A DNA stretch of 64,000 bases, taken from Malacoraja senta (taxonomy: Eukaryota). The notes under the pieces were generated by a model. It ran no database searches. It was not told where the DNA came from and saw nothing but the letters and a program-made list of their open reading frames with translations. Shown piece by piece: positions 48,981 to 60,700 of this stretch. Each line of letters opens with the position of its first letter. Position 1 is the stretch's first letter. Where the stretch lies: positions 1 through 64,000 of the forward strand of contig JAXLNO010000256.1 in the NCBI GenBank assembly GCA_038087875.1, written 5' to 3'. The position numbers were made by a program, and so were the translations under genes.

Positions 48981-51423
48981 GTTCTTGGTAAAACTCTATT
49001 CTTTTCTCACATCTTTGTCCTCCTGTTCACTTACCTCAGGGCTATTATCTATTCGTACCTGCGGGACGGCCCTCATGTAATTATTGAAATGGTACCAGGT
49101 ATATCAACCTTCTACCTGAACATCGGTCGGTAGTTTAGAAAACTCATACATACACCTTGTCTTCAGGTTTAAAGGGTCCTTCCTCCTGGTCCACCTCCAA
49201 CAGCTTTTACTTTACCTGTTCATAAATAGACTTGTATATCATAATTAACTGTTTCATATACTTTTTAAATTCTATCTTTAACTGTTCCAAACTCGGTCTC
49301 TTGTAGGGACCTCTCCATTGTGCCACCTGCTCGGTTAGTTTGCATGCAACATCTCTTCAGTGCCAATGGCAGGGCATCGATCCAATTCAACTTTGTAATT
49401 AAACAAATCTTATTTATATTAACCTTCAATGTTCCATTTATTCTTTCCACCATGCCTGTGACTGCAGGTGTTACATACCCAAATGTGTATTTTACTCTAA
49501 GGGTCTCTATCGCCAACTTGGCTACTCCCTAAATGAAAACAATCCGTTGTGAAAGCTGATTTCTGTAGGTCTACCAAACCTCTTAATTACCTTATTCATC
49601 ATAAACGACACTACAGGGCTTATACCTAATCTAGTCTGAACTATATCCTGCCTTTTCCCGAGGTTATCATACTCTGTCCTACATTCTGAAGTATTTTTTA
49701 AAATCTCTCTCTCTCTCTCTTACATCGCTTTTCACTTATGGAACAATACCAACAAATCCTCCTTTAAATCCTTTTCTCTCTTGGGGACCCAGTCCTGTTA
49801 GGGCTTATATCCAGATTAATTTCACTCCTGATAGGACTTTTTGAGGAAACGTTCCCCAAAGACATTCATTATTGGCATGTAATTCTCTGGCCCTGCTTGG
49901 TTCCGTCATAGGACTCACTTGTCTTTTCAACCAGGTCCATTGTTTATTGACAACAGCTCCTCCTGCTGGTTTGCAAGTCTTTTTCCTATCTTTGCGATAT
50001 TTCTCGACCGCAGAGACCAACTGTTCGCTGAATCGGGGGTGGGAAATTAATGACAATCTCACCACCTTCTCCAATCTGCTTGACTCCACCACAGTAGTTC
50101 ATAATATAATGTTCATCAATCAACTCTCCACCTTTTCAGCTGGTTTTCCAGATAGCCTGCTGGATTACATTGTCTAAGGGCCTGCCATACCCTCTGCCTG
50201 ACTGTGTCAAACAGTATGCCATTGCTTATTACATTGTTCACATCAGTTTATACCATCCATCTTCAGTAGTTCTGTCACTTTTACCAACAGTGCCTTCAAA
50301 TCTTCCATGGTCAATAATCGTCCCACGTTCTCCTCCTCCAAAGCCCTAATCCATTTCCTCCCCATCAGGGATATAGGGTGAGGTGTTTTTTTAGCCCTCT
50401 CAGTTTATGGGTGCCCCAAGGGATAATCTGTGTCTGTCCTTCTCTTTTCTCTTTAAAGCAGTCTCATCACTTTATCCCAATGCTTCCAACTTTAATCCTT
50501 TCTGGTATGCCTTCTTTCTGATTCTAAACTCAATTTCTTGCTTCTCAAATATTCTAGCCTCCTTGCAAATTCATTCACCTTTCTTTTTTAAATCTTCCAC
50601 TGACTCCTCCTGCTTTATTACTTTCACGCCTGTCGTTTTTCTACTTCTGTTATCTTCTAACTGCCTCTCTCTCCTTCCTTTCTAAACTTGAATGTTTACC
50701 AATGAACTTATTTCCAATTATTTCAATCCATATTCACCACTATTTTAAATGTCCAATTCCCAGCACTAGTAACAATTTCCCAAATTAACTTTACTGACCA
50801 GAAATCTAAAAGAACATCAGAAAAACCAAAAGCTGATTTTACAACTTCCCCTTCCAGGTTACGAGGATACAAACAGTTAATCGTTATCTTACAGCTGTTC
50901 GTCGCCTTTCACCATGACCTGATTTATTTAAAGGAACATACACCTACCTACAGTGGACATTTTTGATTCTAATAAAACTTACTTGCTTACTTACTTACTC
51001 TTACAATGTGGTCTACAAATACAATATAATTATCACATATATAAAATCCCTGGGGATTTCCTTGCCCCCAGAGGCTCAGCATTCGCCCCAACGGACTATC
51101 AGGCAGAATGCGGCTTTACCGCCCTTCCCCTCCCTTTTGGGCTTTCCGTTTTCATTGCCCATCCTCCCGATCGGAATTTCCCCCGATCTATTTAATCGCC
51201 CGAGTAGTACTTAATAGTCGTTTTCTTACCCGGGTCCTGTGCACAAGAACCACTCGATTTGGCTCCTCGCGATTTCCAACTACTCCCACTTGTTTCTCTA
51301 ATCTCTGGTCTGGGATATCACTCGCTCAAACCGCTGACGGCAAGCAAGGGGTCCAGGGCGGCTGAATCAGCGGGGTGCACTGTCCCTTCTCCCGTATACC
51401 GCCGCCAGCCGGCCGGAGTGGCG

Positions 51424-51442
51424 ATCCCAAGACGAGCCCCCA
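51424..51442 (-). promoter_or_regulatory. Primer-binding site complementary to tRNA-Pro
   Basis: TGGGGGCTCGTCTTGGGAT versus canonical TGGGGGCTCGTCCGGGAT, 4 nt downstream of the LTR end. Confidence 0.85.
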
Positions 51443-51446
51443 GGCT

Positions 51447-51921
51447 TGTGAGGTGCAAAAAGTGAGTGCTCACAATCACGATGCTAGAGAAATTAGAGAA
51501 ACAAGTTTATTTATTAGCAAGTCTGCAGAGTCGGGTGCCTCCCCTGTCGAGACACACCGAGGTCGGGAAAGCCACTCTCTTTTATTCATATCATTTTACA
51601 TTTGTTACACCTTTATTCCTCCCCTTCGGGCTCCTTTCAAATCAGAGCACTGAGGTGCACAATCTACCGGTCCCGCCCCCGGTGCCTCCCACATCATACA
51701 TCGCATGTGCATTTAAATCAGACATCTTGTCATGATGGGTGTGTTTGCAATATTCATTTGTCTCATTACCCATGCGCACTAGAGAGTTGTTCATGCCCTT
51801 TACCCCAGTTCTTCCTGGACTGTCGCTATCTCCTTTTTCTCATCCTTGAAGCTCATCTACTCTCTACAATACAAAGGGTTCTTAGTCTAAATCAACTATA
51901 CCTATTAACCCCTTCCTCACA
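51447..51921 (-). repeat. ERV 5' LTR (475 bp)
   Basis: Termini TGTGAGG...CCTCACA (7-bp inverted repeat); AATAAA on minus at ~51506-51515; adjacent to the PBS. Confidence 0.85.
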
Positions 51922-54795
51922 ACATCTTCTGTAGAGAAAGGTACGTTTTTGGAACGAACATAGTGCAACAAATGTGTGATTCCAGGATGACACGGCCCAT
52001 TGTGAAGATCAGTGAGTGCAGAAGAATGAACAGAGGCACAAAATGCTGGAGTTAATGTATCTGGAGCAACATTATCCTTACCAGGGCGGTACTCAATTGA
52101 ATAACTATATGCAGATAATTCAATCCTCCATTCATGAATTTTACTGTTTTTAATCTTCGTTCATTTCCGATTATCCAGCATAAAAGCTACTGAACGCTGA
52201 TCTGTTATCAAAGTGAAGTGCTGGCGAGCAAGGAAATGACTCCATTTCCTCACTGCTTCAATAATTGGTGTAGCTACCTTTTCAACGGGAGGGTAGTGCA
52301 ATTCAATACCTTGGAGAGTACGTGACATGAAAGCCACTGGTCGTCCTCCTTGATTTAATGTTGCTGATACTGCTAAATCAGAGGCATCACATTCAACAAC
52401 AAAGGGGAGATCCTCATCGATGGCGTGTAATGTCGCAGATTCTAATTGTCTAGAAGTAAAGGCACCAATTGCTGTAGAGTCAAGGGGGAAAGATTTTGTT
52501 CTAATCAAAGGTTGAATTTTGTCAGCAACATTTGGTATCCATTGAGCATAATATGCAAACATCCAAAGAACCCTTCGTAGAGAGTGTAATGTGACTGGAA
52601 CAGGGATCTCTTGGAGTGGGCAGAGTCTTTCTGGATCAGGCTGGATTATATCATTTCCATCCCAATAACCAAGAATATTAATTGTTGACACTGATGTTAT
52701 TAACTTTGCCTCATTTAATGTTAGATGTTTAGAATGTACAACATCTAAAAACCGTTGTACATTTTCATCATGTTCAGCTTGGTCTTTTCCAGCAATAGTT
52801 AAATTATCAAGATAAGGGAAAGTATCTTTAAGGTTTTCTTGTTCAACAAGTTTGTCCATCTCTCTCTGAAAAACAGCCACGCCATTAGTTACACCAAAAG
52901 GAACTCTGCAGTGGTGATATAATTTCCCATTTGCTTCAAACGCAGTGTATTTCTTCTCTGATTCCTTCAAAGGAATTTGGTAGTCAGCACTTTTTAAGTC
53001 AAAAGTAGAGAATATCTTATAATTAGCTAATGTATTGATAATCTCTTCTATACGAGGTAGTGGATATGCATCAAGATCCATGAACTGGTTTATAATCAAT
53101 GCAGAGTCTCTTTCTATGTCTCTCCAAGGGGTCCTTAACCACGACAACTTGTGCCCTCCAAGGGGAAGAGCTGGGTTCTATGATACCTTCTTGTAAAAGA
53201 TTAGTTACTTCTGTGTTGATAAAGTTCCTATCATCTTTACTAAAATGTCTTGATTTTGTAGCAATTGGCTTGCACTTGGAGGATAAATTAGTGAATAATG
53301 AAGGACATTCAACAGATGCAGCAGAAAAAACACACAATACTGGTGGCTTTGACAATACAAGATCAGGCATAGTTCCTTCAGACATTATTTGAAGTGATCT
53401 GTGCTGTTTCTGAAAATCCTGACCTAGAATTATATCGCTACACAAATTTTTCAAAATACCAAGACATACAGATTTATAGCTAGTTTTGTTCAGAATAAAG
53501 TCTACAATACAAGATCCAATAATTTGAGTATTGAGAGTTGTCAGAGCCATCGAGATTTCTCTATTTGAAGGAATTATAGTTAGATTTAGTCGAGACACAA
53601 CTTGTTCACTTATAAAACGTTCTGAACTGCCAGAATCAAGTAGTACATTAAGTGTATGGCCATTGATGGATAATGTTGTAGCTGCATGAGACAAGCTCTG
53701 AGGAAATGCAGCTATAATTACACATAAAGAAGGCATATACATGGCAGCAGTCACACTTTTAGTAGTTGCTTTGGACTTGCATACTCTAGAAAAATGTCCC
53801 TTCTTGCCACAACTATTACAAGTTGCCTCTTGAGCAGGGCATCTCTCTCTCTTATGAATATTACCCCCGCAAAAGTAACACTTCCTTTTTGAATAATTAT
53901 ATACTGCAGCAAGGTCTCCTTTATCAGTAGAAATTGTTTCAGCTTGCTCCATATTAGTACTTGGGTGAAATTATTTTGTAGTAGTTGCAGCAGAATACAC
54001 ATTAGATGAGTCATATGCATCACAATGTTTCTGAGCCAAGTCTAATAAGCTTGATTGTAAGCTGACTGTAAAGCCAAGGTTTTGTTTTCTAATAGTTTCT
54101 GTCGTATTAAAGGCGATGCCAAACCATTGATAAAAGAGTCTCGAATAAGTTCCTGTCGATATTGATCAGCCGTAACTACTTTGAATGGACAGTCTTTACT
54201 AAGTCTTTGAAGTACTTGTGAAAATTCATCAATTCACTCACCAGGTTTTTGTTTCCGAGTACCAAGGAGGTGTCGAGCGAATATCACATTGGGTGTCTTA
54301 ACGAAGAGTCTGCTTAGTACATCAATAGCAGAAACATAAGTTGTACATTCCACTATGTAATCATATACATCAGAAGCGACGAAGCTTATTAATGTCTTGA
54401 GTCTGTCTGGTGCATCATTGCCACACTCATCAAAGAAGTTATTTAATATACGAAGCCAGTGCTTCCATTCCTTTGCAGTAGCAGGTGAGTTGGGATCCAG
54501 ATCCAAGCGTTGTGGTTTCAATAGTTTCTCCATCCCAAGTCGGACTGCTAAGATAAGTTGCTTATATTGTTGCGAGGCAAATGAAACTTTTCACTACTCA
54601 AAATTTACTTAACTTTATTTAAGCTTTAAGCAACTTATTTCTTTAATACATAAACTCAGAAACGTCTGGCAAACATGGCTGATTCCGCAGGACTTTCCCG
54701 CCCGAAATACCTCGCACATGCGCACACTCCGGAAAGGTCTTGCACATGCGCACACTCTAGAAGAGCCCCGCACCTGCGCACATGCGCCCACTTCA
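51922..54795 (-). mobile_element. Ty3/Gypsy LTR retrotransposon (gag with 2 CCHC knuckles, protease, RT, RNase H, start of integrase), frameshifted and cut by the ERV
   Basis: MEKLLKPQRLDLDPN (54533); CYFCGGNIHKRERC/CNSCGKKGHFSRVC; LLDSGS; SSSPWRAQ; PFGVTN, YLDN; ECDASD; HNGPCHPGITH ending at the ERV LTR. Putative LTR end (CA) near 54568. Confidence 0.92.
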
Positions 54796-57700
54796 GTTTG
54801 AAACTGCAAAAGGTTTGCTTTGAAAATGCAAAAGGTGTGCTTTGAAAACGCAAATGGTGGTTTGGTTTGAAAATGCAAATGGTGGTCTGGTTTGGAAATG
54901 CAAAAGTTTTGGTTTGAAAATGCAAAACGTTTGCTTTTAAAATGCAAAAGGTGGTTTCCTTTGAAAATGCAAAAATTGATTTGCTTTGAAAATGCAAAAG
55001 GTGGTTCGGTTTGGAAATGCAAAAGATTTGGTTTGAAAATGCAAAAGGTTTGGTTTGAAAATGCAAAAGGTTTGCTTTGAAAATGCAAAAGGTGGTATTC
55101 TTTGAAAATGCAATTGTTAGTTTGCTTTGAAAATGCAAGAATGGTTTGCTTTGAAAATGCAAAAGTGGTTTTGCTTTGAAAATGCAAAATGTGGTTTGCT
55201 TTGAAAATACAAAAGGTGGTTTGCCTTGAGAATGCAAATGGTTTGCTTTGAAAATGCAAAGGGTTTGCTTTGAAAATGCAAAAGGTGGTTTGGTTTGAAA
55301 ATGCAAAAGGTGGTTTGCTTTATGGAAAATGTGGCTGGCTTTGAAAATGCAAAAGGTGGTTTTCTTTCAAAATGTAAAAATGTAGTTTTGTTTGAAAATG
55401 CAAATGGTGGTTTGGTTTAGAAAAGCAAAAGGTAGTTTGGATTGGAAATGCAAAAGGATGGCTTTGAAAATGCAAAAGGTGCTTTGCTTAGAAAATGCTA
55501 AAGATTTGATTTGAAAATGCAAAAGGTTTTGTTTGAAAATGCAAAAGGTTTGCTTTGAAAATGCAAAAGGTGTGCTTTGAAAACGCAAATGGTGGTTTGG
55601 TTTGTAAATGCAAATGGTGGTCTGGTTTGGAAATGCAAAAGGTTTGGTTTGAAAATGCAAAAGATTTGCTTTTAAAAGCAAAAGGTGGTTTCCTTTGAAA
55701 ATGCAAGAATTGATTTGCTTTGAAAATGCAAAAGGTGGTTCGGTTTGGAAATGCAAAAGATTTGGTTTGAAAATGCAAAAGGTTTGGTTTGAAAATGCAA
55801 AAGGTTTGGTTTGAAAATGCAAAAGGTTTGCTTTGAAAATGCAAAAGGTGGTATTCTTTGAAAATGCAATTGTTAGTTTGCTTTGAAAATGCAAGAATGG
55901 TTTGCTTTGAAAATGCAAAAGTGGTTTTGCTTTGAAAATGCAAAATGTGGTTTGCTTTGAAAATACAAAAGGTGGTTTGCCTTGAGATTGCAAAAGGTTT
56001 GCTTTGAAAATGCAAAGGGTTTGCTTTGAAAATGCAAAAGGTGGTTTGGTTTGAAAATGCAAAAGGTGGTTTGCATTATGGAAAATGTGGCTGGCTTTGA
56101 AAATGCAAAAGGTGGTTTTCTTTCAAAATGTAAAAATGTAGTTTTGTTTGAAAATGCAAATGGTGGTTTGGTTTAGAAAAGCAAAAGGTAGTTTGGATTG
56201 GAAATGCAAAAGGATGGCTTTCAAAATGCAAAAGGTGCTTTGCTTAGAAAATGCTAAAGATTTGATTTGAAAATGCAAAAGATTTTGTTTGAAAATGCAA
56301 AAGGTTTGCTTTGAAAATGCAAAATGTGGTTTGCTTTAAAAATGCAAAAGGTGGTTTGCTTTGAAAATGCAAAAGGTGGTTTGCTTTGAAAATGCACAAG
56401 GGTTTACTTTGAAAATGCAAAAGGTTTGCTTTGAAAATGCAAATGGTGGTTTGCTTTGAAAATGCAAAAGGTGGTTTGCTATAAAATGCCAAAAGGCTGT
56501 TTGCTTTGAAAATGCAAAATGTGGATTTCTTTGAAAATGCAAAAGGTCGTTTGTTTTGATAATGCAAAAAGTGGTTTGCTTTGAAAATGCAAAAGTTGGT
56601 TTGCTGGTTTGCATTGAAAATGCAAAAGGTGGTTTGCTTTGAAAATGCAAAAGGTGGTGTGCTTTGAAAATGCAAAAGGTGGTTTGCTTTAAAAATGCAA
56701 AAGGAGGTTTGCTTTGAAAATGCAAAAGGTGGTTTGCTTTGAAAATGCAAAAGGTGGTTTGCTATGAAAATGCAAAAAGTTTGCTAAAAATGCAGTAGAT
56801 TGTTTGCTTTGAAAATGCAAAAGGTGGCTTGCTTTTAATATGCAAATGGTGGTTTGCTTTGAAAATGCAAAAGGTGGTTTACCTTGAAAATGCAAAAGGT
56901 GGTTTGCTTTGAAAATGCAAAAGGTGGTTTGCTTTGAAAATGTAAAAGGTGGTTTGCTTTGAAAATGCAAAAGGTGGTTTGCTGGTTTGCATAGAAAATG
57001 CAAAAGCTGCTTTTTAATGGAAATGCAAAAGGTGGTTTGCTTTGAAAACGAAAAGTTGGTATGCTTTGAAAATGCAAAAGGTGGGTTGCTTTGAAAATGC
57101 AAAAGGTTTGCTTTGAAAATGCAAAGGGTTAGGTTGAAAATGCAAAAAGGTTAGCTTTGAAAATTCAAATAGTGGTTTGCTTTGAAGGGCAAATTGTGGT
57201 TTGCTTTGAAAAAGCAAAAGGTGGTTTGCTTTGAAAAGGCAAAAGGTGGTTTGCTTTGTAAAGGCAAAAGGTGGTTTGCTTTGAAATTGCAAAAAGTGGT
57301 TTGCTTTGAAAATGCAAATGGTGGTTTGCTTTGAAAATGCAAAAGGTGGTTTGTTATAAAATGCCAAAAGGCGGTTTGCTTTGAAAATGCAAAATGTGCT
57401 TTGCTTTGAAAATGTAAAATGTCGTTTGTTTAGAAAATGGAAAAGGTGGTTTGCTTTGAAAATGCAAAATTTGGTTTGCTGGTTTGCATTGAAAATGCAA
57501 AAGGTGGTTTGCTTTGAAAATGAAAAAAGGTGGTTTGCTTTTAAAATCAAAAGGTTTGCTTTGAAAATGCAAAGGGTTTACTTTGGAAATGCAAAGGGTT
57601 TACTTTGAAAATGCAAAAGGTTTGCTTTGAAAATGAAAATAGTGGTTTGCTTTGAAGGGCAAATGGTGGTTTGCTTTGAAAATGCAAAAGGTGATTTGCT

Positions 57701-60700
57701 TTGAAAATGCAAAACGTGGTTTGCTTTGAAAAAGCAAAAGGTGGTTTGCTTTGAAAAAGCAAAAGGTGGTTTGCTTTGAAATTGCAAAAAGGTTTTCTTT
57801 AAAAATGCAGTAGATGGTTTGCTTTGAAAATTGAAAAGGTGGTTTGCTTTGAAAATGCAAAAGGTGGTTTGCTTTTAAATTGCAAAAAAGTGGTTTGCTT
57901 TGAAAATGCAAAAGGTGGTTTGGTATAAAAATGCCAAAAAGTGGTTTGCTTTGGAAATGCAAAAGGTGGTTTGCTTTGAAAATGCAAAAGGTCGTTTGCT
58001 TTGAAAATGCAAAAGGTCATTTGCTTTGAAAATGCAAAAGGTGGTTTGCTGGTTTGCATTGAAAATGCAAAAGCTGCTTTTCAATGAAAATGCAAAAAGG
58101 TGGTTTGCTTTGAAAATGAAAAAAGGTGGTTTGCTTTGAAAATGCAAAAGGTGGTTTGCTTTGAAAATGCAAAAGGTCGTTTGCTGGTTTGCATTGAAAA
58201 TGCAAAAGCTGGTTTGCTTTGAAAATGCAAAATGTGGTGTGCTTTGAAAATGCAAAAGGTGGTCTGCTTTGAAAATCCAGAAAGTGGTTTGCTTTGAAAA
58301 TGCAAATGGTGGTTTGCTTTGAAAATGCAAAAGGTGGTTTGCTATAAAATGCCAAAAGGCTGTTTGCTTTGAAAATGCAAAATGTGGATTTCTTTGAAAA
58401 TGCAAAAGGTCGTTTGTTTTGATAATGCAAAAAGTGGTTTGCTTTGAAAATGCAAAAGTTGGTTTCCTGGTTTGCATTGAAAATGCAAAAGGTGGTTTGC
58501 TTTGAAAATGCAAAAGGTGGTGTGCTTTGAAAATGCAAAAGGTGGTTTGCTTTAAAAATGCAAAAGGAGGTTTGCTTTGAAACTGCAAAAGGTGGTTTGC
58601 TTTGAAAATGCAAAAGGTGGTTTGCTTTGAAAATGCAAAAGGTGGTTTGCTTTGAAAATGGAAAAGGTGGTTTGCTTTGAAAATGCAAAAGGAGGTTTGT
58701 TTTGAAAATGCAAAAAATGTGGTTTGCTTTGAAAATGCAAAAGGTGGTTTGCTTTGAAAATACAAAAGGTGGTTTGCTTTGAAAATGCAAAAGGTGGCTT
58801 GCTTTTAATATGCAAATGGTGGTTTGCTTTGAAAATGCAAAAGGTGGTTTACCTTGAAAATGCAAAAGGTGGTTTGCTTTGAAAATGCAAAAGGTGGTTT
58901 GCTTTGAAAATGTAAAAGGTGGTTTGCTTTGAAAATGCAAAAGGTGGTTTGATGGTTTGCATAGAAAATGCAAAAGCTGCTTTTTAATGGAAATGCAAAA
59001 GGTGGTTTGCTTTGAAAACGAAAAGATGGTATGCTTTGAAAATGCAAAAGGTGGGTTGCTTTGAAAATGCAAAAGGTTTGCTTTGAAAATGCAAAGGGTT
59101 AGGTTGAAAATGCAAAAAGGTTAGCTTTGAAAATGCAAATAGTGGTTTGCTTTGAAGGGCAAATTGTGGTTTGCTTTGAAAAAGCAAAAGGTGGTTTGAT
59201 TTGAAAAGGCAAAAGGTGGTTTGCTTTGTAAAGGCAAAAGGTGGTTTGCTTTGAAATTGCAAAAAGTGGTTTGCTTTGAAAATGCAAATGGTGGTTTGCT
59301 TTGAAAATGCAAAAGGTGGTTTGTTATAAAATGCCAAAAGGCGGTTTGCTTTGAAAATGCAAAATGTGCTTTGCTTTGAAAATGTAAAATGTCGTTTGTT
59401 TAGAAAATGGAAAAGGTGGTTTGCTTTGAAAATGCAAAATTTGGTTTGCTGGTTTGCATTGAAAATGCAAAAGGTGGTTTGCTTTGAAAATGAAAAAAGG
59501 TGGTTTGCTTTTAAAATCAAAAGGTTTGCTTTGAAAATGCAAAGGGTTTACTTTGGAAATGCAAAGGGTTTACTTTGAAAATGCAAAAGGTTTGCTTTGA
59601 AAATGATAATAGTGGTTTGCTTTGAAGGGCAAATGGTGGTTTGCTTTGAAAATGCAAAAGGTGATTTGCTTTGAAAATGCAAAACGTGGTTTGCTTTGAA
59701 AATGGAAAACGTGATTTGCTTTGAAAATGCAAAAGGTGGTTTGCTTTGAAAAAGCAAAAGGTGGTTTGCTTTGAAAAAGCAAAAGGTGGTTTGCTTTGAA
59801 AATGCAAAAAGGTTTTCTTTAAAAATGCAGTAGATGGTTTGCTTTGAAAATTGAAAAGGTGGTTTGCTTTGAAAATGCAAAAGGTGGTTTGCTTTTAAAT
59901 TGCAAAAAAGTGGTTTGCTTTGAAAATGCAAAAGGTGGTTTGGTATAAAAATGCCCAAAAGTGGTTTGCTTTGGAAATGCAAAAGGTGGTTTGCTTTGAA
60001 AATGCAAAAGGTCGTTTGCTTTGAAAATGCAAACGGTCATTTGCTTTGAAAATGCCAAAGGTGGTTTGCTGGTTTGCATTGAAAATGCAAAAGGTGCTTT
60101 GCTTAGAAAATGCTAAAGATTTGATTTGAAAATGCAAAAGGTTTTGTTTGAAAATGCAAAAGGTTTGCTTTGAAAATGCAAAATGTGGTTTGCTTTAAAA
60201 ATGCAAAAGGTGGTTTGCTTTGAAAATGCAAAAGGTGGTTTGCTTTGAAAATGCACAAGGGTTTACTTTGAAAATGCAAAAGGTTTGCTTTGAAAATGCA
60301 AATGGTGGTTTGCTTTGAAAATGCAAAAGGTGGTTTGCTATAAAATGCCAAAAGGCTGTTTGCTTTGAAAATGCAAAATGTGGATTTCTTTGAAAATGCA
60401 AAAGGTCGTTTGTTTTGATAATGCAAAAAGTGGTTTGCTTTGAAAATGCAAAAGTTGGTTTGCTGGTTTGCATTGAAAATGCAAAAGGTGGTTTGCTTTG
60501 AAAATGCAAAAGGTGGTGTGCTTTGAAAATGCAAAAGGTGGTTTGCTTTAAAAATGCAAAAGGAGGTTTGCTTTGAAAATGCAAAAGGTGGTTTGCTTTG
60601 AAAATGCAAAAGGTGGTTTGCTATGAAAATGCAAAAAGTTTACTAAAAATGCAGTAGATTGTTTGCTTTGAAAATGCAAAAGGTGGCTTGCTTTTAATAT

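Larger units (their letters stand above)
47010..51921 (-). mobile_element. Internally deleted endogenous retrovirus (fish class-I/epsilon-like): 5' LTR, tRNA-Pro PBS, gag and integrase remnants, env; 3' end lost
   Basis: LTR 51447-51921; PBS 51424-51442; GMVERINGTLK (49265-49516); PKWTGPYLVL (47414-47875); env TM RNQIAAGFES...WQNRMALDMLLA. Confidence 0.88.
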
